Assembly: GCA_951406725.2 (NCBI GenBank)
Contig: OX597819.1
Span: forward strand, 12,710,001-12,774,000
Direction: 5' to 3'
DNA from: Octopus vulgaris
Lineage: Eukaryota
DNA: 64,000 bases
The notes under the pieces are model-generated. The model worked only from the letters and a program-made list of their open reading frames with translations, did no database searches and was not told where the DNA came from. Position numbers and translations under genes: made by a program. Of the stretch, positions 1 to 12,508 are shown piece by piece (the first letter of the stretch is position 1; every line of letters begins with the position of its first letter).

Positions 1-525
1 CACGTAGTGGCACCCTCATGGGCTCATTACAAATATCAGCAGCAGCACTGAATACATGTTCATAGTGATTGAGTCCTCATCATCACTGTTTAACGTCTGC
101 CTTCCATGCTGGGATGGTACCACAAGGGATGACCAAGCAGAAGCCTGCGCCAGACTTCTGTGACTGTTTTGGCAGGATTTTTGCAGCTGAATGGTCTTCT
201 TAACACCAACCACTCAGCAGAGTAGACTTAGGGCTTTTTACATGGCACAAGCACAGGTGAGGTTAGTTTTGGCAAGGTTTTTACAGCTTGATGCCCTTCT
301 GAACACCAACCACTTTAGTGTAGACTGGGTGCTTTTAAGTGGCACCTACACTGACAGGGGCACCGAGTACTTTCAAGGCAAAAAAAAAAAGACGAGACCG
401 ACTGCCGCGCGAGGCGACGGCGGACAACGAACAGCACGCCAGCTTTGTGACTAACTTAACTCTGGGACTAATTATCTATGTCTATTAACGACCTGTTTCT
501 CTTTCTTCTTTGTTCTTTCTTGCAG

Positions 526-659
526 GCTGAAGTGAATGAACTACGATTAAGTATTTGCAATTTGCTCAATCAAAGCACAGAAGTGACAGCTATTATAAAC
601 CGACTCAACTTCGCACAGTGCGCTTATCTCCTTTCAGTGTTTCGCTTGGAGACACTCAG
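526..659 (+). CDS. PI4KA: PI4KA exon 1 (AEVNELRLSICNLL...LLSVFRLETLR)
   Basis: pyrimidine tract + tgcag acceptor; AG|gtaata donor; phase 0-2. Confidence 0.92.
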
Positions 660-774
660 GTAATACCATTTAGATTAGGATTTATTCTCTCAGACTTTCT
701 GTTGTCTTCAGAATATTTTCTGGTTTTCTTGCTTATAATTTGTCTATTTTTCTTTCTTTTTTTTTTAATTCCAG

Positions 775-857
775 GGTAACTTATTCCACTGATCCATTAT
801 CATTCCAAGGGTTATTCCATTACTTAGAAGACAATACAATCATCAAAGATAAAGCCA
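775..857 (+). CDS. PI4KA: PI4KA exon 2 (VTYSTDPLSFQGLFHYLEDNTIIKDKA)
   Basis: ttccag acceptor, gtatgt donor; phase 2-1; matches STDP..F..YFED..IQKDK. Confidence 0.92.
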
Positions 858-1375
858 GTATGTACTACAACACAGCTTCCTTTTTTTTTAATTTTATTTA
901 TATTTGCACTGAGTTTTTTCATTCACATACTTTCATTTCTAAACTTATTTTTTACCTTTTGATCTATCAAATTATTGTAGTTTAGCACCCACCTTCCCTA
1001 CCACCAGCACCACATCAGCTCTGATAAAGCAGTCCTATGACCAAGAGCATTTCAGCTCTAGCCATCCTCTGAGGTTTGACTGCTATTTCTAGCAGGTTAA
1101 GTGACCACATAGAGATTCCTTTATTGATTTAATCTAACCAATCAGATGTGTGATCTGCTATTATAGTCTTTTTCAGTTCACTTAACCTTCATCATTAATA
1201 CACCTGCGAAAGATATGAATGTTACGCCTCATTTATCTTCTTGCTAAAATTTCAAGTCATTATGGTAGTGTAACACAGTGGTTCCCAAAGTGGGCAGTGG
1301 AAAGTTCCAAGGGGGTGTTGAAGAAAAGTGGGGGCAATAATGGGGTGGTGATTCATGCAAAAACAAAATAATGGT

Positions 1376-1540
1376 GTTCTGTATTTAAGAGATGAGAATT
1401 ATTTACATTTGACGGATATTTGTCCTCATCTTGTTTGTTGTTAACACAATGTTTTGGCTGATACATCCTCCAGCCTTCATCAGGTGTGTTGGAGAAATTT
1501 TGAACCTTGGTTCTCATTCTTAAAGTAGTTTTCAATATTA

Positions 1541-1582
<42 letters not shown>

Positions 1583-1747
1583 TCACTGCCTGGAATCAAA
1601 CTTGGAATCTTGGGGTTAGTAGCCTGCGCTCTTAACCACTACGCCATATGAAAGATATGAAAATACTAGATTTATAAGCCCCCAAAATTCACTCCATAAT
1701 TGCCCACAGGCATATGGCGTAGTGGTTAAGAGCATGGGCTACTAACC
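1376..1747 (-). mobile_element. tRNA-headed short element with (AAT)n linker and decayed hammerhead-like tail; partial inverted second head at 1711-1747
   Basis: Minus strand reads TGGCGTAGTGG (A box)...AGTTTGATTCC (B-box-like), (AAT)n, then ACAC CTGATGA A GGCTG..CAGCC AAAAC ATT GTGT. Confidence 0.7.
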
Positions 1748-1821
1748 ATTTCTGGTACCGTAATGACTGACCAAAGCTTTGTGAGTGGATTTGGTAGACT
1801 GAAAGTGTGTAGAAGCCTGTC

Positions 1822-1853
<32 letters not shown>

Positions 1854-2281
1854 TTATATTTATGCGGAATGAGATTTTTTTAAAGTTTTCATCTTCCAGC
1901 TTCATTCACAGGGTTTTGGTTGGCCTGAGGCTTTAGTAGAAGATACTTTCCCAAGTTGACATGGAGTGGGATTGAACCCAAAGCCGTGTGGTTAGGATGT
2001 AAACTTCTTAACTACACAGCCACTCCTGCATCTTATATATACATACAAGATGGGCTTCTGCACAGTTTCTGTTTATTGATCAACATGGGGCCGTGACAGA
2101 CGTCACCTTCTCATGGTTCCTGCAATTCCTTGGTTGCAAAACAGACCTCTTAATCCTGGAACAATTCTTGTTTTAAAATAATGATAGTAGTCTTCTGCAT
2201 TGTCTTTCATGCTTTTGTGTCTGCTTAACCTCAGATATGTCAGATATTCTTTCAGTGTTGAACCATTTTCGTCTCTTTCAG

Positions 2282-2352
2282 ATATGTGGCAATGTCTTGC
2301 TGCAGTTTCCGATAAAGTCTTCAGCAAGTTCTTAGAAGTCATGGCTGAAAAG
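2282..2352 (+). CDS. PI4KA: PI4KA exon 3 (MWQCLAAVSDKVFSKFLEVMAEK)
   Basis: ctttcag acceptor, AG|gttggt donor; phase 1-0. Confidence 0.92.
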
Positions 2353-2685
2353 GTTGGTGGAAAAAGATTGATTTTTTTTTCTATTAAAATATCTCTTGTT
2401 TTATCAGGTTAAAAGCGAAGCCAAAGGACTGCATCTAAAACTACAAAGTCATTATTTAGAAAGATAGAAAATGATTTTAGCAGATCTGTGCTACCATACA
2501 TCAATATCTTTCTTAATATATGGATATATTTTTAACCCCAAGTTTTTATTTCTACCAAATCATTCCTCCTTTTATTTCCTAAATATTAATGTTCTTGTAA
2601 CTATTTTTCAACTCGGGCAATAGATTTGTTTCTACATTCACTTTCAACCCTTTTCTCATCAAATTTCTGTTGAATTATATCACCT

Positions 2686-3099
2686 TTATTATTTACATTA
2701 TTCGCATTTGACGGATATTTGTCCTCATCTTGTTTGTTGTTAACACAACATTTTGGCTGATATATTCTCCTGCCTTCATCAGGTGTCTTGGGGGAAATTT
2801 TGAACCTGGATTCTCATTCCGAAGGTGGGCTACTAACTCCAAGATTCCGTGTTCGATTCCAGGCAGTGACTTGAATAATAATAATGATGATAATAATAAT
2901 AATAATGATAATAATAATAATAATAATAATATTGAAAACTACTTTAAGAATGAGAACCCAGGTTCGAAATTTCCCCAAGACACCTGATAAAGGCTGCAGG
3001 GTATATCAGTGTTAACAACAAAGAAGATGAGGACAAATATCCATCAAATGTAAATAATGTAGATAATGTACATAATTCCTCATCTCTTAAATATAGAAC
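2686..3099. mobile_element. Second copy of the same element as an inverted dimer (minus tail 2686-2825, plus unit 2827-3099)
   Basis: Arms are reverse complements (GAATGAGAACCCAGGTTCGAAATTTCCCCAAGACACCTGAT...); same sequence as 1376-1650. Confidence 0.75.
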
Positions 3100-3321
3100 T
3101 GTAATACCATATTTATTTCTGTAAATTTTGAAAATAACGAACAATTTATTAAAATAACTGTCATTATTAAACTGTTATTTGGAACAGAAATTAATGTGAA
3201 ATTTTGATGGATGGATTTTAGACCACTTTATAAAAGAGAAAATTTGTATCATAGAACCAAAAGTAGTCTCAAGCAGAATGATATCAAAACGGTCAATTAG
3301 CTTTTAGAAGTTAACAAACTA

Positions 3322-3488
3322 TAGGCGCAGGAGTGGCTGTATGGTAAGTAGCTTGCTTACCAACCACATGGTTCCAGGTTCAGTCCCACTGCGTGGCACC
3401 TTCGGCAAGTGTCTTCTACTATGGCCTCGGGCCTACTGAAGCCTTGTGAGTGGATTTGGTAGACGGAAACTGAAAGAAGCTCATCGTA

Positions 3489-3529
<41 letters not shown>

Positions 3530-3720
3530 TTGTCCCCCCAACATCGCTTGACAATCGATGCTGGTGTGTTTACATCCCTGTAACTTAGCGGTTCGGGAAA
3601 AGAGACCGATAGAATAAGTACTAAGCTTACAAAGAATAAGTCCTGGGGTCGATTTGCTCGACTAAAGGTGGTACTCCAGCATGGCCACAGTCAAATGACT
3701 GAAACAAGTAAAAGAGTAAA
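3322..3720 (+). mobile_element. SINE family A (tRNA-derived, central (TA)n(TG)n, GTAAAAGA tail)
   Basis: A box TGGCTGTATGG, B box GGTTCAGTCCC; many copies in window. Confidence 0.85.
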
Positions 3721-4345
3721 CCAGTAAATTTGTAATTAATTGTGATTTATTATCTGTTTGGCTGACATCTGCTCTCATCAGCAAATGATTTGGTCATTTT
3801 TTAAAATAATTAATCTAAGGTGCACATAACAAGGTTGAACTATTGCAGTGTTGCAAAGTTTCTTTGCACCAGTGAACCATGTGTGTTATGGACATGCATC
3901 AGTTGAAAGGAAATTATGTTCTCTGATGACAAAAAACAGCAGCAATCAGATATTCATGTTCAAACTTGCCACAAAATATTGAGAATGAATAATCATCATC
4001 ATCATCATTGTTTAACGTCTGCTTTCCATGCTAGCATGAGTTGGACGATTTGACTGAGGACTGGCGAACCAGATGCCTGCACCAGGCTCCAATCTGATCT
4101 GGTAGAGTTTCTACAACTGGATGCTCTTCCTAACGCCAACCACTCCGAGAGTGTAGTGGGTGCTTTTAAAGTGCCACTGGCATGAGGGCCAACAGCACGA
4201 ATAGATATATTATTGTAAATCTGTAGTAATTTTCGGTAAATCAGTGCTGTGAATGCTATTTTTGTGTGTTTATTAAATAATTATTCCTCCAATGGGAACA
4301 TTTAACTTATGTTTTAATTCTATCTTTTATCTTGTAATTCTACAG

Positions 4346-4470
4346 CCAAAAACAGACGAAAGAGAGAGAGAATTGGAAAGGCATGCCCAGTTTTTGTTGG
4401 TGAAGTTCAACCATGTCCATAAGAATATTCGGTGTGTAGCTGACAAATACCTGTCAGGTCTAGTCGACAG
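4346..4470 (+). CDS. PI4KA: PI4KA exon 4 ([23 protein letters not shown]...LSGLVDR)
   Basis: ctacag / gtaagt; phase 0-2; strongly conserved motif. Confidence 0.95.
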
Positions 4471-4729
4471 GTAAGTCTTTTTCACTCCTCTCACTCACTG
4501 CACTCTAATAATTATTTATTTCTAATGCTGCTTCTTCATATTTAACCTACAGCAGGCATGGCTGTGAGATTAAGAAGCTTGTTTCCCAACCGCATGGTTC
4601 TGGGTTCAATCCCACTGTGTGGCATCTCGGGCAAGTGTCTTCTACTATTGCTCCAGGCTAACCAAAGCTTTGTGAGTGGATTTGGCAGGTAGAAACTGAA
4701 AGAAGCCCGAAGGCAGATTGTATGATGCT

Positions 4730-5400
4730 TATGTACAAATGGCTGTGCTCAGTGGTAGTAAGACTTGGTCCCTGAATGCAGCAGACACATGAAGACTGGA
4801 GAGGAATGAAGCTAGTATGCTTCAACGGATGTGCAACATGCATGTATGACAAAGTGTAAATGTTCTGAGAGAAAAGTTGGGTATAAAAGGAATCAGATGC
4901 AGTGTGCAAAAGAAGTTTATGATGGTTTGCACATTTGATATACATGAATGATAATGGCTGTATAAAGAATGGCCAATTATTTAAAGTGGATGTAAAAGAT
5001 TCAAGCGAGGTTGTTGCCAGTACCGCCTGACTGGCCCCGTGCCGGTGGCACGTAAAAGCACCCACTACACTCTCGGAGTGGTTGGCGTTAGGAAGAGCAT
5101 CCAGCTGTAGAAGCTTTGCCAGATCAGATTGGAGCCTGGTGCAGCCATCTGGTTCGCCAGCCCTCAGTCAAATCATCCAACCCATGCTAGCATGGAAAGC
5201 GGACGTTAAACGATGATGATGATGAGAGTTATGGAAGAGGGAGACCCAGGAAGATATGTGATGAAGTAGTGAGGGATGATCTAAAGATATTGAGTCTCAT
5301 AGACTCACAGAGGAAATGACAAAGGACCAAGATGTCTGATGATATGAGGTTCTCGAGAAGACCAATCCACTTCAGCGAAACTGAATTCTGAAAGTGCTGT
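4730..5400 (+). mobile_element. Old RTE ORF C-terminal fragment interrupted by a younger RTE 3' tail (5008-5224)
   Basis: GRGRPRK...EVVRDDL motif; tail GGTTGGCGTTAGGAAG...GGACGTTAAAC(GAT)n. Confidence 0.65.
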
Positions 5401-6445
5401 GTATTCTACCCACATGTAACGTTATTTCAAACACCCCACACCAATGAACCAAACTACATCCTTTATGCTTGTTTCTCCCCACATTCCTGCAGTCCAATGC
5501 CTCTCTGTCATCTCGCTTCTGTTTGCCCTCCTGCCAACTGTATCACTGCTATCCTGTTTCTCCCTTATATACCCATGTTTCACCACCCACTGCTTTCCCC
5601 TTTCCCCCCGTGTGAACTCCCAGCTCATGCACCTTGTACATTCTTCTACCATTCCAATTACATCTACCTCCTTGCACCTTGAGGGTACACTCTGGCACAT
5701 TGCCACCTTCTCTCTCTCCCACTGACTGGTAGCCATGTATCTCTTCTACAGCAAGACATATATTTCTGTCCTGCTCCAACTTCTCATCCCATGGCACAAA
5801 GCCACCTCACTCAATATTACTCCCTCCCTCTCTTTCTCCTGCAAGTTACTTGGTAATCTCATGCATAATTTTCTATCAATAAAATCTGTTGCTGAACATT
5901 TGCAAGTTTGCTTTTGCTATGCTTTGTGCAGCCAGCTTGATCTAATTAAATACAGCATCAATCTTTCTCGTGACCAACCATGCGATGATGGCCCTCGGCA
6001 AACACAAATATATCACTTCACAACATCTGCATTAACAAATGATTTGTTAACTATAGAGAATGTCTAATGAATTTCCGACATAAACAGTAGCTATTTCGAG
6101 ATAAGTGAATTGGACTCTGGAGAATTATCTTTGCTTAGATACAGAATAGTAAAAGTGATAAATTAATTGTGAACATGTTTTGGCTTGTCTAACATCCTAT
6201 TGATTCATTCAGCCACAACTGTTATAAAAAATGACATGAAAAACTAAGGAATTGGTGTTCTGGTTAATGTAGGCAATGATGATGATAGGGATTCAGCTTT
6301 GAAATTGACTTTTCACCCATTTTGGTACCAAACCACCAGAAACTGCCGATGGTTCTATGATAAATTTTTCTTGTTTTAAAGTGGTCTAAATTCACTCCTT
6401 CTTTCAAGACTCCATGTTAGTTTTTGTTTCAGTTTAATAATGACA

Positions 6446-6754
6446 GTGGAGGCGCAATGGCCCAGTGGTTAGGGCAGTGGACTCGCGGTCGGAGGATTGC
6501 GGTTTCGATTCCCAGACCAGACGCTGTGTGTGTTTATTGAGCGAAAACACCTAAAAGCTCCACAAGGCTCCAGCAGGGGGTGGTGACTCCTGTTGTACTC
6601 TTTCACCACAACTTTCTCTCACTCTCTCTTCTTGTTTCTTCAGCAACGCTGCAATGAACTGGTGTCCTGTCCAGCTGGGGGGAACACATACGCCACAGAA
6701 ACCAGGAAACCGGGCCAATAAGCTTGGCTTGGCTTGAAAAGGGTGACGTTTATC
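6446..6754 (+). mobile_element. SINE family C (tRNA-like head GGAGGCGCAATGGCCCAGTGGTTAGG), tail type 1, 14-bp TSD
   Basis: A/B boxes; GTTTAATAATGACA at 6432-6445 and 6755-6768. Confidence 0.87.
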
Positions 6755-6769
6755 GTTTAATAATGACAA

Positions 6770-7340
6770 AGAGGCAGAAGTAGACTACAGTGGTAGGGGT
6801 AGACCCAGGAAGACATGGCACAAAGTGGTGAAGCATGATCTTTGAACTTTGGGCCACACACAGGCAATGGCTAATGACCGTGACCTTTGGTAATATGTTG
6901 TGCTTGAGAAGACGCATCAAGCCAAGTCAAATTGTAGTTGTGGCTGATACTGGTGTCCCATAACTGGCACCCGTGCCAGTGACACATAAAAAGCACCTTT
7001 TGAGCAGTGGGCCTCATGGAGGCAAAGTGGCTGAGCTCCTTTCAAGTGTTGGGCCTCACAGAGGCAATGACCAAGACCTTTGACATTATGTCATGCTTGA
7101 GAAGAAGACCCATCAAGCCGAGCAAAATCGCAGTCATGGCAGATACTGGTGTCACACAAATGGCACTCGTGCCAGTGACATGTAAAATCACCCATTACAC
7201 TGTCGGAGTGGTTGGCATTAGGAAAGGCATCCAGCTGTAGAAACCATGCTAAATCAGAGTTCCAGCCCTGATCAAACCATCCACCCCATGCCAGCCTGAA
7301 CAATGAACGTTAAATGATGATGATAATGATGATGATGATG
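6770..7340 (+). mobile_element. RTE LINE 3' end (ORF end GRGRPRKTW..VVKHDL, 3'UTR, (GAT)n tail)
   Basis: RGRPRKTW is typical of RTE C-termini; followed by the shared tail. Confidence 0.8.
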
Positions 7341-7575
7341 GAAGTTATTTTATTAAATTCTTCATTATTTTCAAATTTAATTGAAACAAAAGCAATGTAT
7401 TTCAACAAAAATATGGTAACAAAAGTTTTCAATTCAGTGTAATGAGTACACCAAGACCTAAATAATTCTTCCAATTGTTCCATTTATTCTGGCATTTTCC
7501 CACTGATAGTTGTGTATTACAGTTGTTGGATTTTCCCCTTACCTTAGTTACAAATGTGTATTTCGCTATTTACAG

Positions 7576-7657
7576 GTTTCCGTATTTACTGTGGAGTGGA
7601 GTGTTATTACAAACCATGCTGGACATTTTACAAGTTCTGTCAAAGTCCCTGGAAGTG
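7576..7657 (+). CDS. PI4KA: PI4KA exon 5 (FPYLLWSGVLLQTMLDILQVLSKSLEV)
   Basis: ttacag / gtaagt; phase 2-0. Confidence 0.95.
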
Positions 7658-8384
7658 GTAAGTGCTTAAGAAAGTATTTCCAGCGTTTAGTTTTATTTTT
7701 TTGTGATAAACTATTTTGTGAACAATAGCAGTGTTGGTTGCGGGTCTCAAACTCCGGGCCCACTGCATGTACCATGGCAACAACAATGTTGAAGGTGCAG
7801 CTGTGTAATTTGGACATAACAAATACCATAAAATATTTTTGCATGAAAGCACCAGTTTATTGCTCTTTTTATTAATGTTTATCATCATTGGTTGTGAAGG
7901 CATATGGCTCAGTGGTTACAGTGTATAGATCATGATTGTAAGGTCATGAGTTCAATACCCAGTGGAATGTTGTCCTTGAGCAAGACACTTTACTTCACAT
8001 TGCTCCAGTTCACCTAGTTGGCAAAAGTGAATAGGACCTGTATTCCAAAGGGCCAGCTTTGTTACATTCTGTGCCATGTTGAATCTCCCTGAGAAGTACG
8101 TTAAGGGTACACCTATCTGTGGGGTGCTCAGCCACTTGAATGTTAATTCCACTAGCAAGATGTTGCATCAGTTGGCTTAACTGAAACCTTTGTGGTTGTA
8201 ACCGACAGAGTTCCATTTTACTATCTTTGGTCAATGTGCATCGGTAGAAGATGCTGACATACATCATCGCCATCAACTGCAGCTTCACTTTGTTTTCTCA
8301 TTCTTGTATGAATTATTGGCCAAGTTTTTTCAGTACAGCTTCTTACCACTCAATGTCGACTCATTATCCTCTTGAATTTCAATG

Positions 8385-9060
8385 TCTTGAGGTGGTAAAG
8401 CATGATCTTCGAACGTTGGGTCTCACGGAGGCAATGACAAAAGACCAAGACCTCTGGAGATATGCTGTGATTGATGAGACCCAGCAAGTAAAGTGAGATC
8501 ACAGCCGTAGCCTATCCCTGTGTCGCATAACCAGCCCATTTAAAAAGTATCTTTGAATCGTCAGGTGACACGCCATGCTTAAAGAGACCTATTGAGTCAA
8601 GAAAATCAAAAATCAAATCACAATCAAATAGGAATTGTACTTGTTGCTGATGCCAGTGCCACCTGACTGGCCCTCATGCTGGTGGCACACAATAAGCACC
8701 ATTCATGCAGGGGTCGTTGCCAGTGTTACCTGACTGGCTCCCCATGCTGGTGGTATGTAAAAAGCACCATTCAAATGTCGTCAATGCCAGCCCCACTGAT
8801 TTTGCTTCTGTGCCAGTAACATGTAAAAAGCACCATCCAAACGTGGCCGATGTCAGTGCCGCCTGACTGACTCCCATACGGGTGGTATGTAAAAAGCACC
8901 CACTACACTCTCGGAGTGGTTGACATAAGGAAGGGCGTCCAGCTGTAGAAAACTTGCCAGATCAGATTGGAGCCTGGTGAGGCCTCCTACCTTTCCAGTC
9001 CCCAGTCAAACCATCCAACCCTTGTCAGCATGGAAAATAGATGTTAAACGATGATGATAA
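8385..9060 (+). mobile_element. RTE LINE 3' end with internal tandem units
   Basis: EVVKHDLRTLGLTEAMTKDQDLWRYAV; (GAT)n end. Confidence 0.8.
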
Positions 9061-9149
9061 GATCAGCCTTCACCATTCCATCCTTTCTCTTCATTAGTCT
9101 TTTGCAGATTCTTTGCACTTAGATCTCAGCATATCGGAATCGAAATTGA

Positions 9150-9581
9150 ACCAATCCTATGACCGGCACCCGGCAGATGCCAGGACCCCTGGACTGGTGG
9201 TACATAAAAAGCACTATCCGAATCGTGGCCAATGCCAGCGCCGCCTCGACTGGCTTCCCTGCGGGCGGCACGTAAAAAGGCACCATCCGAATTGTGGCCG
9301 ATGCCAGTGCCGCCTCGACTGGCTTCCGTGCCGGTGGCACATAAAATGCACCAATCCGACCGTGGCCGTTGCCAGCCTCGCCTGGCACCTGTGCAGGTGG
9401 CACGTAAAAAGCACCCACTACACTCACGGAGTGGTTGGCGTTAGGAAGGGCATCCAGCTGTAGAAACATTGCCAGATAAGACTGGAGCCTGGTGCAGCCT
9501 TCTGGCTTCCCAGATCCCCGGTCGAACCGTCCAACCCATGCTAGCACGGAAAACGGACGTTAAACGATGATGATGATGATG
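9150..9581 (+). mobile_element. Young CpG-rich RTE 3'UTR fragment
   Basis: Tandem GGCACGTAAAAAGCAC units + shared tail + (GAT)n. Confidence 0.8.
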
Positions 9582-9850
9582 ACTGCCATCTTCCATACAC
9601 ATCTAATATTCACACCAGCACAGTCTCTTTTCTTGCACCACATCACTAATTCCTCTTATACCTTGTTTTTCTTTTTGTCTCAGTTGTGCTCTATTGTTTA
9701 TTCGTATTAAAATTCCACATCCAGCAGAGCATACAACTCTCATATATTTCCAGCCATCTCACAGCTTCTAGGTTATCTATCAGTAGGTAACCCTCTGGCA
9801 TTTTTAGGGGCTTTATTGCATGGCTGCTCTTATTTCTAAGTACTCCTGTT

Positions 9851-10146
9851 CATCATCATCATCGTTTAGCGTCCGCTTTCCATGCTAGCCTGGGTTGGAC
9901 GGTTCAACTGGGGTCTGGGAAGCCAGAAGGCTGCACCAGGCCCAGTTTGATCTGGCAATGTTTCTACGGCTGGATGCCCTTCCTAACGCCAACCACTCCA
10001 TGAGTGTAGTGGGTGCTTTTTACGTGCCAGACGAGTCTGGCAAACGGCCACGAATGGATGGTGCTTTTTACGTGCCACCGGCACGGGGGCCAGGCGAGGC
10101 TGGCAATGGCCACGAACGGATGGTGCTTTTTACGTGCCACCGGCAT
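9851..10146 (-). mobile_element. Young RTE 3'UTR fragment, inverted relative to 9150-9581
   Basis: (CAT)n CGTTTAGCGTCCGC... reverse complement of the neighbour. Confidence 0.82.
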
Positions 10147-11214
10147 CTCTTATGTAATTTCTTGTTGACCTCACTGGGAACCTACCACATGTTTTGTGCA
10201 CCCATCTTACACACACAAACACACACACACATGCATACACACACAATGGGTTGCCATACAGTGTGCATCCACCAAATTCTACTCACTGACTATTGCTCTT
10301 TGTAGATTACTCGTCTTTGCCAAAATTGAGATTTGTCCTTGACCCTGCCTCCACCCTTATTCCTCATTCACTGCATTCACCTCTACATTTCTATCTCTAA
10401 CCATCTGTCTCTCTCCTTTAATACTGTCACAAACTTACCAGTCCACCCAACAATTCTAATCCTCTATTCTAGTGCCATGTAAAAAGCTCCCATGCTGGTG
10501 TCACATAAAAAGCACCCCATACATACACTCTGTAGTTGGCATTAGGAAGGGTATCCAGTTGTAGAAACCTTGCCAAAACAGACAATTGGAGTCTGCTCCA
10601 GCTTGCCATCTCCTGTCACTGTCCAACCCATGACAGCATGGAAAATGGATGTTAAATGATGATAGTGTCCCTACCCTCTCATCACCATCATCTCTTCTTT
10701 CTTTTCAGCTGTGGTAGTTACGTATCTTCTCTACTGGAAAACCCCTGTACTTGTCCCTCTTTCCTACTTTTGTCTCTTAACACCTGGCACACAGACACCA
10801 CCCTCAATATTGCATCTGAACTCTGTCAAGGAGTCTTGTCTTTTGAGTCGCTTTGTGACCTCATTAGTGCCAGAGCCATGGAAAGGCACCCAGCACACTA
10901 TGTAAAGTGGTTGGCATTAGAAATGGCATCAAGCTGTAGAAACTATGTCAAAGCAGATTTTGGAGCTCAATGCAATCCTATGGCTTATTTCTAATGAGTT
11001 AAACCTCTGCAGTGTTCCTGATTAAATCTGGAAACACTTAACTATACAGAATTAATTAAAAAAAAAAAAAAAAAAAAACACGCACGCACACGTGCACGCG
11101 GTGACTTATTTCCTTTTTTTTTCTTTCTTAAATTTGATTTATATGTTATTAATTCATTTTGTCTCCCGAATTACGTTAAATTTTTGGTCCCTAAATTTTC
11201 ATTTCTTTTTCCAG

Positions 11215-11298
11215 GACCCTCATGCCAAAGCCCCAGATTTAGCCATACCAAACACTCCTTACATCTTAAGAGTAAGAGACAACATGGTTGACAGAGAG
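11215..11298 (+). CDS. PI4KA: PI4KA exon 6 (DPHAKAPDLAIPNTPYILRVRDNMVDRE)
   Basis: tttccag / gtaagt; phase 0-0. Confidence 0.9.
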
Positions 11299-11758
11299 GT
11301 AAGTCAATCAGTTACTTAGGGTTAGAAGAACAGTAAATAATAATAATAATAATGATGATAATAATAATAATAATTGCAGCACAAGATCAAAGCCTTCCCA
11401 ACAGAAATGATCAAAAACGTGTAATGAAAAGGAACATAACGAGCAACTGCAGAACATGTGGAGATGGAAGAGAAACAATAAATCATATTGTTTGTGGCTG
11501 CCCAGCCCTGGCTAAGAAGGAATATATTCACAGACATGACAGAGTTGGAACCTATATACATTGGAAGCTGTGTCAACACTATGGAATAACAATAGAAAAA
11601 AGATGGTATAGGCACACGCTAGAAAAGGTCACAGAAAATGAGAAAGCAACCATACTCTGGAATATGCCAATACACACAGATAGAGAAATTAAGGCTAATA
11701 ACCTGGATATAGTTGTCAGAGATTACCAAGGAAAAAAAAATGCTTTCTAATCAATGTA

Positions 11759-12172
11759 TAGGCGCAGGAGTGGCTGTGTGGTAAGTAGCTTGCTAACCAA
11801 CCACATGGTTCCGGGTTCAGTCCCACTGCGTGGCATCTTGGGCAAGTGTCTTCTGCTATAGCCCCAGGCTGACCAATGCCTTGTGAGTGGATTTGGTAGA
11901 CAGAAACTGAAAAAAGCCTGTCGTATATATGTATATATATATATATATGTGTGTTTGTGTGTCTGTGTTTGTCCCCCTAGCATTGCTTGACAACCGATGC
12001 TGGTGTGTTTACGTCCCCGTCACTTAGCGGTTCGGCAAAAGAGACCGATAGAATAAGTACTGGGCTTACAAAGAATAAGTCCTGGGGTCGACTTGCTCGA
12101 CCAAAGGCGGTGCTCCAGCATGGCCGCAGTCAAATGACTGAAACAAGTAAAAGAGTAAAAGAGAGTAAAGAG
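11759..12172 (+). mobile_element. SINE family A, nested in R4/Dong-type LINE fragment
   Basis: Full-length copy interrupting the LINE reading frame. Confidence 0.85.
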
Positions 12173-12307
12173 TATCAATAACATCTGATGACAATGTTTT
12201 TCTAAAAGAAATGGAGAAACTTTCAAAATACAAAGATCTGGAAATAGAGGTAACTCGAATGTAGAGCCTAAAAACAGAAGCAGTTCCTATTATAGTAGGT
12301 GCATTAA

Positions 12308-12508
12308 AGGTGGTGAACTGGCACAATTGTTAGCAGGCCGGGGGAAATGCTTAGTGGTATTTCATCTGTCTTTACGTTCTGAGTTCAAATTCTACTGAGG
12401 TCAACTGAGCTTTTCATCCTTTCAGGGTCGATGAATTAAGTACCAGTTGCATACTGGAGTTGATCTAATTGACTGGCCCCCCTCCCACTAAATTTCAGGC
12501 CTTGTGCC
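12308..12508 (+). mobile_element. SINE family B (GAGCTGGCAGAA head; GCCTTTCATCCTTTCGGGGTCGAT central domain), nested in LINE fragment
   Basis: Approx. 17-bp TSD TATAGTAGG(TG/CA)CATTAA at 12291-12307 and 12509-12525. Confidence 0.8.

Noticed and set aside
378-450. Abrupt CpG-rich patch after a poly-A run (similar at 11058-11105)
   Set aside because: No structure or homologue in the window; may be consensus noise after a homopolymer, which cannot be judged without reads
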